Below, in pieces: positions 1 to 10,077 of a DNA stretch of 64,000 bases (position 1 is the first letter of the stretch; each line of letters starts with the position of its first letter). Made by a program: the position numbers and the translations under genes. The notes below the pieces were generated by a model. That model was not told the origin of the DNA and made no database searches. It worked only from the letters and a program-made list of their open reading frames with translations. Source of the stretch: Pseudomonadota bacterium (GTDB taxonomy: Bacteria > Pseudomonadota > Alphaproteobacteria > Sphingomonadales > Sphingomonadaceae); contig JAFAFE010000005.1 in the NCBI GenBank assembly GCA_023423655.1, forward strand, positions 72,058 to 136,057, given 5' to 3'.

Positions 1-2696
1 GACTTCGGCGACCTGATCGACACCGAACCGTTCGATGATCGCATCGAGCGCCGTCGCGATCGGCGGCAAGGCACAGAGCTGCTCGATCATGCTATCGCGC
101 GCGGCAAGCGCCGAACGACAGAGAACAGGGGCACCGTTCTCATCACTCATCGGTTCGGACCGGGCATTGCCATTCTCGTCCGTAAACACGGCCATCAACC
201 GCACCGGAAAGCTTTTGGTGAGGTAATCGACCACGTATTCGCGGGGGGAGAGATCGATTTCGAGTGCTTCACGTTCCGCATCGGAGAGATCAGCGAGGCG
301 GCGGTTGAGCATGGCTTCGGCGGTCGAGACGAGTTGCACTACAACAGCGTTGCCGTCGGCAAGTGCCGCATCGATCGCAGGCAGCAGGCTCGGCAACTTC
401 ATCGATAGAAGGAGCTGCGCGAAGAAGCGCTGCTTGGTGCCTTCAAAAACCGAAAGCGCCGCTGATTTGGCACCTGAATTGAGGGTTTCGCCACTATCAG
501 TGTCGACGATCCGGGTTGCCTCGAGTGCCTCGCGCAGGTTGCCATGTATGATTGCCCAAGCGTCTGCATACGCGTCATAGACCGCTACCTGGTCGGGGGT
601 CAGGCAATGCTCGAGAATCTCGTACTCAACTCCGGCGAATGAGAGCGCCCTCGCCGCATACAGCCCCAGTGACGTCAGATCGCGCGCGACCAGTTCCATT
701 GCAGCGATACCGCCATCGCGGATATCTGCGACGAAGGCTTCGCGATTGGCAAAAGCCGTCTCGGGACCCCACAGGCCAAGACGGGTGGCATAGGCGAGAT
801 TATTGACGTCGGATGCCCCGGTCGCCGAAGCGTAGAGCACGCGGGCGCGCGGCAGCAGATTCTGGATGCGAACACCGGCAATGCCCTGCTCCGATCCTTT
901 GACCTTGCCACGTGAGCCCTCCCCGCCTGCGGCGTTGGCCATCGCATGGGCTTCGTCAAAGACGATGAGCCCGTCGAAGTCCTCCCCTGCCCATTCGAGA
1001 ATCTGCTCGAGCCGGGTCGCGTCGCTTCGACCCGAACGCAGTGTCGGATAAGTCACGAAGAGTATGCCCTCGCGCATCCCGATCGGGACACCGAGCTTCC
1101 ATTGGCCAAGGGGCTGGACGTCGATGGGAAGGCCGCCGAGCGCGCTCCAGTCGCGGCGGGCATCTTCGAGCAAAGCATCGTTCTTGGAAATCCAGATGTG
1201 GCGCCGTTCGCCCCTCACCCACCGGTCGAGGATGACGGAAGCGACCTGCCGTCCTTTCCCTGCACCAGTTCCGTCACCAAGAAAGTAGCCCATGCGGTAG
1301 GCGTGCCCTCGGCGCTCGCCTTCAAGGCGCAGCCCTTGTCGTCGGGCTCAAACCGTCCCGGCAGATCGCGGGCATGCGCGCTTGCGGCATAGATCAGGGT
1401 CTCGGCCTGCGCAGCGGATAGGGCGCCCCCAGCAATGAGGCTCGACGGAAGCTGAGGCACCACTTCGGGCACGGGTGCGGTTATCGAACCCATCGCAACG
1501 GATTCGACTAGGGGGGTCGGATGCGGGACAGCATCTGCAATCGAGATCCGGCTCGGCCGGTAGGGCAAATAATGCCCAACCTGGCTTTCGATCGGCGCAG
1601 GTGCTTCGAGCGGAGTAAAATCAAGCGGCAGGATCGACGGCGCCGCATCGGTCGGATGGACCTTAAGTGGAACTGGTTTCGTCTTGTTCGCAACCAGCCG
1701 AAGCGGCAATGCTGGCTTGATGCCGATGCTGGGTCCCGCGGGCAGGCTTACCCGGTCAGGGAGCATATCGATCAGCAGATGAAGGTCGGCAAAGTTTGCC
1801 GGCTGGGCGATGATCGGGCTGGTACCATCCTCAGCCTTGTCGAGAATCAGGAGCCGGGTTGAGATTGAGGTGCCCTGCTTGATGAAACCGCGCTCGATCG
1901 TCGCGTTGAGGCGCAACGAGAGGGGACCTGCGATCCCGGCGAGGAATTTCGGAAGCTCGAACCATTCAGGCATCACTGCCACCAGGCGGCCACCGGGCAG
2001 AAGGCGCTTCCAGGCAGAACGTAAGTGCCGATCGCCAGTGCGACTATCGTGGCCCCTCTCGATACCGTGTGAATAGGGCGGGTTCATCAACACCACGCTC
2101 GGACCCACGTCGGGCGTGAGAAGTTCGTCGATCAGTTCCCCGTCAAATCCGGTGACTGTCGCTTCCGGAAACACGGCGCCCAGACATTCGCGGCGCAGCG
2201 GCGATATCTCGTTGAGAGCAAGACGCGCAGCTGCCTTTGCCGCCCATACGCCCAGCATCCCAGTCCCGGCCGACGGCTCGAGAACCAGTTCATTGGCAGA
2301 AATGGCGCATGCTTTTGCAGCGATCCAGGCCAGACGGGGCGGCGTTGCGAATTGTTGCCACTCGATCTGCTCGTCGCTCCGGTTGGACTGGGTCGGGACC
2401 AGACCTTCAAGGCGCGTGAAAGCCTCATCGGCAAAGCTGGATGACATTGCAGGTGAGAATTCAGTTGCCTGCGCCAGGAACAGCACCTGCGCCAATTCAA
2501 GTGCGGCATGGGCATCGCGTAAGGACCAGCGTCCTTCGGCGTCGCTACCGCCGAAGTGATCGGCCATTGTTGCATTCACAGTGAGCCGTGAAATTGCTTG
2601 ATCTGCAGCGAGCCGCGCGGCCAGTGCCCTCGCCGCTGCCAGCACTTGCGGCTCGGCGGGATCGGAGAATGCGAAAGCGGTATTTGCGTGTGACAT
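1..2696 (-). pseudogene. Strawberry-notch-like fusion of an N-terminal N6-adenine methyltransferase and an SNF2/DEAH helicase (ICE/plasmid type). It appears frameshifted, and its 3' part runs off the window.
   Basis: ORF 1215..2696 (-) has an AdoMet-MTase core (VLEPSAGTGMLG, VVLMNPPYS). A second frame on the same strand, absent from the track, is open from ATG 1293-1291 down to base 1. I translated it by hand: MGYFLGDGTGAGKGRQVASVILD ... LIVFDEAHAMANAAG ... VLYASATGASD. That frame is closed upstream by TGA at 1350-1348, so the two frames must be joined between ~1347 and ~1290. Confidence 0.75.
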
Positions 2697-2799
2697 GAGA
2701 GACCTCCTGAAGAGGCCCTGGGTTTGTCCGGGTGTCCGTTCGGATGGATCCGCCCGGGGGCCTCACAAGGCCCCAAGCCCGCTTTTCTCTCACCGACAT

Positions 2800-3708
2800 T
2801 CAGACCGCAGCTCGGACTGAGCGCATGAGCACATCATTCCAGTCGTCGCCGGTTAGCTCCGGACGCCTGGTGACAATCAGCCGCCCTTCACAAGCGTAGG
2901 CCTCTCGCGCACGCTCTTCAGCAAGGTGCCCGCCCGCATCATTGTCGACAAAGAGATACAGCTGGTGCACCGATTCCGGGATTGTGGCCAAGCCGAAGCG
3001 TTCGTTTCCTAGCGTCGCCCAGCAGGGAACCTTGAACATTTGCATCGCTGAGAGGGCCGTTTCGTTTCCTTCTGCGAGGCCAAGGCGTCCCTCATCCGGG
3101 TGCGCGAAACGCACCGCCCCAGAACCGGGGCTGCCTAACGCACGCCTGGGCTGATCGAAAGAAGCCAAACTAGTTTTGTCGAGGTCGAGGAAGGAGCGAT
3201 GCAGCGCGAGAATTCCGGCATCATTGCGCACGGCCGCCACCATCGCGGGAAGAAACCGGACAGCACCCTTTGGCCCCAGAGGCATACGCGGGTGGAAACG
3301 CAGCTCCGGCGAAGCAATCGTGATGCCTCTGGACACGAGGTACTTTTCGGCGAGGCTGCCAGCGATGGTCGACGCCTCACGCCAGAGCCTCAGCGCATTG
3401 CGATTGGCGACTTCCTCGCGCGGTTCGGCCACGATCGGACCACTCGTGCCGTCGAACAGATCCGCAATTCGTATTCCGAGCCCGGCCATGGCTTCTATCA
3501 CCGCCTCGTTCGTGCAGCCGGCAAAGCAATGAACAAGAATTGCGCGCTTTCCGAGCGTGATGCTTAGCGAAGGAGTGCGGTCGTCGTGGGCCGGGCAGCA
3601 GCACATTCCGCGCGAACGCGACCAGGCACCGCCTAGCTGCTCGACTATCTTGCGCGCGCGGGTTTCCAGTTGCAGACCTTGGAATTGGGATGATCGGTGT
3701 TGGTGCAT
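2800..3708 (-). CDS. Zinc-finger (CHC2-like) / Toprim domain protein, a primase-like ICE/plasmid maintenance protein
   Basis: ORF 2800..3774. Motifs: CCCPAHDDRTPSLSI...HCFAGC (zinc-binding) and LYLFVDNDAGGHLAEE (Toprim acidic motif). The internal ATG at 3708 is preceded by GGAGA, so I prefer it as the start. Confidence 0.7.
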   Translation of the reverse strand: MHQHRSSQFQGLQLETRARKIVEQLGGAWSRSRGMCCCPAHDDRTPSLSITLGKRAILVHCFAGCTNEAVIEAMAGLGIRIADLFDGTSGPIVAEPREEVANRNALRLWREASTIAGSLAEKYLVSRGITIASPELRFHPRMPLGPKGAVRFLPAMVAAVRNDAGILALHRSFLDLDKTSLASFDQPRRALGSPGSGAVRFAHPDEGRLGLAEGNETALSAMQMFKVPCWATLGNERFGLATIPESVHQLYLFVDNDAGGHLAEERAREAYACEGRLIVTRRPELTGDDWNDVLMRSVRAAV

Positions 3709-3835
3709 GGGGGCATCTCCATCGTAACGTGCCTCCACCCGCGCAGCCTCCGCTCTGCGTCGCTGACGTTTCACTTTCCTACATCACATGTTCTATATAT
3801 GTTCTTTCCCGATTCGACCACAAAAGGATTCGGAA

Positions 3836-4495
3836 ATGAGACTGAAATGGGCAGTAGTTGCAGCGGCAACGACAGGATTTGGGTCCGTCCTCCCCGCTCA
3901 CGCGCAGGAACTTGAGCCCACTCAGATGACCGTCGCCTCGGAGTTGACGACCGATGGCTTCCGCGTTGCAGAAGGAACCGATGGCTTCCTTCTCGTCGAA
4001 CACGGCATTTGGAGAAAGCCTCCAACGGCCTCGTCCGAGCCGCCGGCTACCGATGCGGGTCGAACCTATCTGCCCTATCGCTATCCAAAGCCCCAAGGCA
4101 ACGCGCCATCGGGCTTCCGTCGGGCAAGCTACCTTCCTCATGTCTACGCTGCTGAGGCTCAATACTCGCTACCAAGCGGCCTTCTCGACGCTCTTGTATG
4201 GACGGAATCACGATATAATCCGATGGCCATCAGCAAGGCCGGGGCCGCAGGCTTGGGGCAATTGATGCCAAGGACAGCGCGGGACCTTGGCGTTTCAAAT
4301 CGCTTCGATCCCAAGGCGAACATCTTGGGTGCGGCCCGATACCTACGCCAGATGCTGGACAAGTTCGGGGTGGTTCATCTGGCCCTCGCTGCCTACAACG
4401 CAGGTCCAGGTGCCGTCGAGCGCGCAGGCGGTATTCCTCGCAATGGCGAGACGCCGGCCTATGTGCGTGAAGTGCTGCGCCATTGGCGTTTTTGA
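3836..4495 (+). CDS. Lytic transglycosylase (SLT domain), secreted
   Basis: ORF 3788..4495. ATG at 3836 follows AAGGA and gives the signal peptide [26 protein letters not shown] motifs: [29 protein letters not shown]. Confidence 0.85.
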   Translation: MRLKWAVVAAATTGFGSVLPAHAQELEPTQMTVASELTTDGFRVAEGTDGFLLVEHGIWRKPPTASSEPPATDAGRTYLPYRYPKPQGNAPSGFRRASYLPHVYAAEAQYSLPSGLLDALVWTESRYNPMAISKAGAAGLGQLMPRTARDLGVSNRFDPKANILGAARYLRQMLDKFGVVHLALAAYNAGPGAVERAGGIPRNGETPAYVREVLRHWRF

Positions 4496-4561
4496 ACGGG
4501 GGGTGTTGTGAGCACGGGTCGAATACGCGTCTCGTGAATTTTAAGCCGCGGTAGACGCGGG

Positions 4562-4705
4562 ATGTTCCTGACCACGACAGACGAAGTCGTCTGGATCATC
4601 GAGAGCGAAGAACCCGAATGCGAATTCGTCGGATCAGCGGTGATTGTCGAGGGGGTTGTCGCAGGTCGAGATCGTTTGCGCGCAGACTGGATTGGACCGG
4701 TCTGA
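4562..4705 (+). CDS. Possible 47-aa ORF, reminiscent of the C-terminal half of small ICE-borne DUF5818-type proteins
   Basis: Below the track cutoff; hand translation gives MFLTTTDEVVWIIESEEPECEFVGSAVIVEGVVAGRDRLRADWIGPV. It lies between the SLT gene and the integrase. There is an in-frame stop at 4535-4537 and no obvious RBS. Confidence 0.3.
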   Translation: MFLTTTDEVVWIIESEEPECEFVGSAVIVEGVVAGRDRLRADWIGPV

Positions 4706-4720
4706 TCGAAGCCATAGTTA

Positions 4721-5974
4721 TCAGCCTGCGCGCTTCCCTGCCTTCTTGATGTCGATCACCTTCCCGCCGCTCAGATAGTCAGCCCAGTCCTGCATCATCC
4801 GGCGCCGGGGAGCCAGGTATTCAGCGGCATTGTAAGCTCCACGCACGTCGTTTTTCTCCGAATGCGCGAGTTGTAGTTCCACCCAATCCTCATGGTATTT
4901 CCTGATCCACATGGGCGGCTTACCGAACTCGACCAACTGCTCATTGGCCCAAGTGCTCGCCAAGCCCCGGAAGCCGTGTACGGTTTGGCGGCTGTGGTAT
5001 CCGAGGCGATAGAGCGCGTAGATCATTGTGTTCTCTGAAAGCGGCTTGTTCGGGCCGTTGCCCGGGAAGAGAAACTCGCCAGGCGCTGCTGCTATCATGG
5101 ATTTCGCGATGTGCATTGCCTGCTGCGAGAGGGGTACCAAATGCTCTCGTCCCATCTTCATTCGCTCGGCTGGTATCCTCCAGACAGGTGATTTTCCGCC
5201 CAGGTCTTCAAACTCGGATTTGGCGGCGAAACGTAGTTCCTTGGTTCGAACCCAAGTCAGGAGCGCAAAGAGAACTGCGTCACGGGTGATCGCGGACCGT
5301 CGTTCGCCCTCTTCCTGGTAGGCATGCAGCTTCTCGATGAATGCGGGCAACTCGCTGAGCGGCAGCCGGCTCATATGCTTCACTCTTGGTCGCGGCTTTA
5401 GAGCCCCGCGCAAATGCGTCGTCGGATCGTTCGAGGCCAGACCACACGCGATTGCGAACTGGAAGACTTGCCCCACCCCTTGTTTCGCACGCCGGCTGAT
5501 ATCGAGCGCGCCTCTTGCTTCGATCTTGCGGATCGTTGCCAGGACGTCGGGTGCCGTGATTTCATTCACGAGTTTCTCGCCGATGACTGGAAAGACGTCC
5601 CTTTCCATGCGCGACCAGACGCGTTCGGCGTGCGCGGCATTCAACGCGCTTTTTCGATTTTCATGCCAGCGCTTTGCGACCTCGAAGAAGGTGGCTCCTT
5701 CCTGCGAGATCACTTCTCCCTTGGATTTCATTGGATCCTTGCCCTCGGCTAGCAACGCCTTTGCGGCTGTGCGCTTGTCGCGCGCGGCAGCTATCCCGAG
5801 ATCTGGGTAAGCGCCGAACGAGAGCAACTTCTCCTTGCCCGCGAAGCGGTACTTCATCCGCCATAACTTTGACCCGTTCGGCTGTACGAACAGGAATAAG
5901 CCCTCCCCGTCGGCCATCTTGTAGGCGCGCTCGCGTGGCTTGGAATTTCGGGCCTGAATCTCCGTGAGAGGCAT
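4721..5974 (-). CDS. int: Tyrosine-type site-specific integrase (P4-like, with N-terminal arm-binding domain)
   Basis: ORF 4721..6148. I prefer ATG 5974 (MPLTEIQARNSKP...), since the longer ORF reaches to within 5 nt of the tRNA 3' end. Catalytic-region motifs: HGFRGLASTW and LAHSEKNDVRGAYN. The gene sits directly beside the 3' end of a tRNA gene. Confidence 0.9.
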   Translation of the reverse strand: MPLTEIQARNSKPRERAYKMADGEGLFLFVQPNGSKLWRMKYRFAGKEKLLSFGAYPDLGIAAARDKRTAAKALLAEGKDPMKSKGEVISQEGATFFEVAKRWHENRKSALNAAHAERVWSRMERDVFPVIGEKLVNEITAPDVLATIRKIEARGALDISRRAKQGVGQVFQFAIACGLASNDPTTHLRGALKPRPRVKHMSRLPLSELPAFIEKLHAYQEEGERRSAITRDAVLFALLTWVRTKELRFAAKSEFEDLGGKSPVWRIPAERMKMGREHLVPLSQQAMHIAKSMIAAAPGEFLFPGNGPNKPLSENTMIYALYRLGYHSRQTVHGFRGLASTWANEQLVEFGKPPMWIRKYHEDWVELQLAHSEKNDVRGAYNAAEYLAPRRRMMQDWADYLSGGKVIDIKKAGKRAG

Positions 5975-6152
5975 TGGGGGTATCGCTCCTTTCCGATACT
6001 CCGCGAAAATACCCCCAAAATACCCCCACACCAAATCTGGCTGCATGTGGAAGACCATGGGCGCATGCGGACGCGAATCACCCGCAACCCTCTGCTTTTC
6101 TTTCGATTTTTGGAAAAATGCGGAAGCTAGTGGAAGCTTCCGGATCAAGGAA

Positions 6153-6229
6153 TGGTAGCGGAGGAGGGACTCGAACCCCCGACACGCGGATTATGATTCC
6201 GCTGCTCTAACCGGCTGAGCTACTCCGCC
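6153..6229 (-). tRNA. tRNA with CAU anticodon: elongator tRNA-Met, or lysidine-type tRNA-Ile2 (the sequence alone cannot tell them apart)
   Basis: The reverse complement folds by hand into a 77-nt cloverleaf: acceptor GGCGGAG/CTCCGCT, D arm GCTC...GAGC, anticodon stem GCGGA/TCCGC with loop ATCATAA, T arm GGGGG-TTCGAGT-CCCTC, and encoded CCA. It lacks the initiator features (three G-C pairs in the anticodon stem, a 1-72 mismatch). Confidence 0.9.
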
Positions 6230-6347
6230 ATCCGAGAGGGGCGCCTATATCGGGGGGATTTGGTGTGGTCAAGAGAAGTATTACCCGGTTTCACCTGCAA
6301 CCTTCAATTCCTTGACTGCATTGCTGTATTATGGCATTAATCCTCTT

Positions 6348-6698
6348 ATGGTTGAACAGTCAAAGCCCGTCTACCAACGCCTGCGCGATGGTATTGCCGC
6401 AGCGATATTGGACGGCGAATTTCGCGACGGGGATATGCTCCCTTCGGTGCGGGCCTTGGCCGCAGAACAAGGCGCCAATCCGCTTACGGTTGCCAAGGCT
6501 TATCAGACCTTTCAGGATGACGGGCTGGTGACGGTCAAGCGCGGGGTGGGCATGTTTGTCGCCGATGGCGCGACCGATAAATTGCGCGCGATGTTGAAGG
6601 ACGACTTCCTCACCAATGTCTGGCCGCCGGTCGCGGCGCAAATGAAGCGAATCGGGATCGACGCGCGCGCGCTATTGGACGACAGCGAAACCGTCTGA
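6348..6698 (+). CDS. GntR-family transcriptional regulator (short, YtrA-like)
   Basis: ORF 6312..6698; ATG at 6348. Winged-helix motif: LPSVRALAAEQGANPLTVAKAYQTFQDDGLVTVKRGVGMFV. Confidence 0.85.
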   Translation: MVEQSKPVYQRLRDGIAAAILDGEFRDGDMLPSVRALAAEQGANPLTVAKAYQTFQDDGLVTVKRGVGMFVADGATDKLRAMLKDDFLTNVWPPVAAQMKRIGIDARALLDDSETV

Positions 6699-6704
6699 GG
6701 CTTT

Positions 6705-8690
6705 TCAGCCCTTTTGATTGGCTGCGCGCGCTTGGTCGAAGCGTTGGCGGTAGGTGCCAGTATCGGGCGCAAGGATGACCGCTTTTTCCAGCAAATCGAG
6801 CGAGGTCCGGGAAGGCCCGCTCAAACGATGCAGCGCCCAGCCGAGATTATTGGTAATCGCGGCATTGGCGGGCTGGATCGCATAAGCATGGCGGAAATAG
6901 GTGGTGGCCTTGGCAAGATTGCCCTTCCCCTGCCAGGCGCTCCCCAATTCATTCATTAGCAGCGCATCGCGATTGCCCGTTCGCGCACGCACCATTTCAA
7001 GCGCCGCGACCGCGCGGTTCCAATCTTGGCTCTTGAGATAAAGCGACCCCAAAATGCGTGTTGCCGGAATATTTTCCGGATTGCGGCTGGTGAAATCGCC
7101 CAGCGTGTGGAGCGCGGCGGCATCATTGCCGCTTTCGCTATACGCATTGGCAAGGCGCAACGCTCCCACTTCTCCGAAGCGCAAACGCACCGCTTGTTGA
7201 TAGGCGGTGACCGCCGCAGCGGCGCGTTTTCCGGCAAGCTCGGTATCGCCGACCAGCATATGCGCGTCGGGAACGCCGGGGTTGGCGCGCTGTAACCGCT
7301 GGGCAGCGACAAGTGCGCTGCCGATGCGCCCACTATTCACTTCGGAGCGGATATAGGGGATGACAAGCTGTGCATTGAGCGGATTGCGCGTAGCGTCTGC
7401 AGCCAATAATTCCGGCGCGGTGGCGGGGGCAAAGGCAATCGCATCGCCTTTGCGGAACTGGCTCGCGCGGGTCAGCAGCGGCACGGCCTCTCCTATGTCC
7501 CCTTCCTCCTCCAGCGCCGACGCTGCCAGCATGATCGACCAGCTATCGGCATCGGGCCGGGTATAGATGGGGGCGATAATGTGCCAGGCATCGTCGGCAT
7601 CGCCTGCATTCAGGCTCGCCAGCGCCAAGATGCGCCGCGCGGTGAAATTATTGGGCTGGAGGTCGAGCAATTTGGTCGCGCGGTTTACCGCGACATTATG
7701 GTTGCCCAATTCCTCCTCGACCACCGCGCTCACGAGCAGGAAGGCGGGGAGGTTTTCCAGTTGGTCACCGATTTTGAACAGGATGCGCTGGGCCAGATCA
7801 TAATTTTCCGCACGCGCCGCCAAAATTGCCTGCAACAACCGCGCGCGCGCATTATTTTTGTCGATGGCCAGCACCCGCCTTGTGGTCTTGAGCATATCGG
7901 TGGAGCGCCCGACATCGCCCAATGTTGCGGCATATTCGACGAGTGCGCCGACATGGTCGGGCTTGACCTTGAGGACGCGCTCATACCAGCCGAGCGCAGG
8001 CAGCAGCCCCTGATTTTCACGCACCAGTCCCGCCTTGATGAGCGTTGCATCCATATTGTTGCGGTTGAGCTGGAGCGCGCGGTCAATCGCCTGCATCGCG
8101 CCGCCGACATCGGCATTGGTATAGCGGAAACGTGAAATATCCGCCCAAAGCTGGCTGTTATCAGGGTCGAGCCGGATCGATTCATCAAAGGCCGCGCGCG
8201 CGCCGTCAAAATTGCCCAAATCCATCGCAGCATTGCCCGCAATCCGTTCGGCATAGGCTTTATAACGGTCGGGCACTGGGCCTGCCTGTAATTCGGCGAG
8301 CGCCCGCGCCGGCTCGCCTTGCAGCCATACCGCATGGGCAAGCTGCACGCGGGTTGCAGTGTCGGACAGGCCAAGTTCGCGCGCGCGGCGGATTTCCGCT
8401 TCCGCGCCAATCCCGTTCCCCATCGCCACCAATATCCGCGCTTGCGCAAGCCGTGCATCGGGCCAATCCGGATCGGCCTCTATCGCTTTGGCCATTGCGT
8501 TATGCGCATCGCGCAAATTTTGCGCGCGTTCATAGGCTATCGCGGTTTTGAAAGCCCCGCGCGCGACTTCACTATCTGCCGCCCAAGCCTTGCCCGCCCA
8601 GCCCGTTGCAGCAACCGCCAACGCAAGCGCAGCCACGGCAAAGCCTGTAATTTTATTACTATATTTCAAAGGCCTGTCATTGAAGATCAT
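6705..8690 (-). CDS. Secreted TPR-repeat protein (PrsT-like by position downstream of prsK-prsR)
   Basis: ORF 6705..8810. The plausible starts are ATG 8690 or TTG 8669, both giving the signal peptide ...ITGFAVAALALAVAATGWAGKAWA. TPR-like A/L/Y-rich repeats run throughout. It is the last gene of the prsK-prsR string. Confidence 0.7.
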   Translation of the reverse strand: MIFNDRPLKYSNKITGFAVAALALAVAATGWAGKAWAADSEVARGAFKTAIAYERAQNLRDAHNAMAKAIEADPDWPDARLAQARILVAMGNGIGAEAEIRRARELGLSDTATRVQLAHAVWLQGEPARALAELQAGPVPDRYKAYAERIAGNAAMDLGNFDGARAAFDESIRLDPDNSQLWADISRFRYTNADVGGAMQAIDRALQLNRNNMDATLIKAGLVRENQGLLPALGWYERVLKVKPDHVGALVEYAATLGDVGRSTDMLKTTRRVLAIDKNNARARLLQAILAARAENYDLAQRILFKIGDQLENLPAFLLVSAVVEEELGNHNVAVNRATKLLDLQPNNFTARRILALASLNAGDADDAWHIIAPIYTRPDADSWSIMLAASALEEEGDIGEAVPLLTRASQFRKGDAIAFAPATAPELLAADATRNPLNAQLVIPYIRSEVNSGRIGSALVAAQRLQRANPGVPDAHMLVGDTELAGKRAAAAVTAYQQAVRLRFGEVGALRLANAYSESGNDAAALHTLGDFTSRNPENIPATRILGSLYLKSQDWNRAVAALEMVRARTGNRDALLMNELGSAWQGKGNLAKATTYFRHAYAIQPANAAITNNLGWALHRLSGPSRTSLDLLEKAVILAPDTGTYRQRFDQARAANQKG

Positions 8691-10077
8691 AGAGCTTGAG
8701 CAGATCATAAAGCGTCGGGCGGCTGATGCCCAAAAGCTTGGCCGCGCCGGAAATATTGCCTTCGGTGCGAGCGAGCGCGCGGCGGATCGCCTTGCGGTCA
8801 GCGGCTTCACGCACGGCTTTGAGGTTCAACACCGCCGCCGCATCATCTTCGGCTTCGTCCAAATCCATATCGGCCGCCGAAACCAGCTTGGTATCGGCCA
8901 TGATGACCGCGCGCTTGATGCGGTTTTCCAGCTCGCGCACATTGCCGGGCCAGGGATAAGCGTCAATCATCGCGAGCGCGTCGGGCGCAAGGCCTTTGAC
9001 TTGCGGGTTCATGTCGGGCGCAAAACGCTGGACGAAATGTTTGGCGAGCAGTCCCGCATCGCCTGGCCGTTCGGCGAGCGTCGGGATTTTCACGACAATT
9101 TCGGCGAGGCGGTAATAAAGATCCTCGCGGAACGTGCCCTCGGCAATCATCGCGTCAAGGTCGCGGTGGGTCGCGCATACGACGCGGGTGTCGACCGCAA
9201 TCGGCTTGCGCCCGCCAATCCGCTCGATCACCCGCTCTTGCAAAAAGCGCAGGAGTTTTACCTGCAAAGGCAGCGGAATATCGCCCACTTCGTCAAGGAA
9301 CAAGGTGCCGCCTTGCGCCATTTCGATCTTGCCTTCGGTGGTTTTGACCGCGCCGGTAAACGCACCTTTTTCATGCCCGAATAATTCGCTTTCGAGCAGA
9401 TTTTCGGGGATGGCCGCACAGTTGATCGCGATAAAAGCGCCATCGCGGCGGTTGCTGGCATCATGGAGGCCGTGCGCGAGCAATTCCTTGCCCGTGCCGC
9501 TCGCCCCCAACAGCATGACCGACACATTATTGGTCGCAACCCGTTCGATGGTGCGCGATACTTTGAGCATTTCGGGTGCGCCGGTAATCATCCGCCCCAG
9601 TACCTGCTGGCTTTCACCGACCGCAGAGGCCAAGCGGATATTTTCCATCTCCAGCGCGCGCACATGGAAAGCGCGGCGCACGATGAGGCCCAGCTCGTCA
9701 ATGTCGATGGGCTTTTGATAAAAATCATAAGCGCCGCCCGAAATCGCCCGCAACGCACTTTCGCGCGCACCATGACCCGAAGCGACAATGACCTTGGTGT
9801 CGGGCTTTAGCGCCAATATTTCATCGAGCGTGCGAAAGCCTTCAGTTGTGCCGTCGGGGTCCGGCGGCAAGCCAAGGTCAAGCGTCACCACATCCGGCTC
9901 TTCGGCGCGCAGCAGGTTGATCGCTTCTTCGCGGGTTCCGGCGGTGAGGATCTGATAATCCTCATAAGCCCAGCGCAACTGTTTCTGCAGCCCCGGATCA
10001 TCTTCGACGATGAGCAATTTGGGCAGCGGTTCGGTCCCGTTCCGGCTTTTGGCAAGGTCTGCGGTCTTGGTCGTCAT
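8677..10077 (-). CDS. prsR: Sigma-54-dependent response regulator (NtrC/AtoC class; PEP-CTERM-box regulator PrsR type)
   Basis: Receiver domain (LLIVEDDPGL, VVTLDLGLPPD), AAA+ domain (GASGTGKELLA, the sigma-54 contact motif ESELFGHEKGAFTGA) and C-terminal Fis-type HTH (GNISGAAKLLGISRPTLYDLLK). Its start overlaps the kinase stop as ATGA (10074-10077). Confidence 0.85.
   Translation of the reverse strand: MTTKTADLAKSRNGTEPLPKLLIVEDDPGLQKQLRWAYEDYQILTAGTREEAINLLRAEEPDVVTLDLGLPPDPDGTTEGFRTLDEILALKPDTKVIVASGHGARESALRAISGGAYDFYQKPIDIDELGLIVRRAFHVRALEMENIRLASAVGESQQVLGRMITGAPEMLKVSRTIERVATNNVSVMLLGASGTGKELLAHGLHDASNRRDGAFIAINCAAIPENLLESELFGHEKGAFTGAVKTTEGKIEMAQGGTLFLDEVGDIPLPLQVKLLRFLQERVIERIGGRKPIAVDTRVVCATHRDLDAMIAEGTFREDLYYRLAEIVVKIPTLAERPGDAGLLAKHFVQRFAPDMNPQVKGLAPDALAMIDAYPWPGNVRELENRIKRAVIMADTKLVSAADMDLDEAEDDAAAVLNLKAVREAADRKAIRRALARTEGNISGAAKLLGISRPTLYDLLKLYDLQ

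Larger units (their letters stand above)
1..6152. mobile_element. Integrase-proximal end of an integrative (conjugative-type) element inserted at the tRNA 3' end. It continues beyond base 1.
   Basis: An integrase abuts the tRNA 3' end. Typical ICE/plasmid backbone genes are present (strawberry-notch, Toprim, SLT). Codon choice (AAG/GAC/ATC/TTC) differs from the block to the right of the tRNA. Confidence 0.7.

Noticed and set aside
5975-6148. Long form of the integrase ORF starting at 6148.
   Set aside because: It would add 58 unconserved residues and place the start within 5 nt of the tRNA 3' end. The conserved arm-binding N-terminus begins at the internal ATG 5974 (MPLTEIQARN...).
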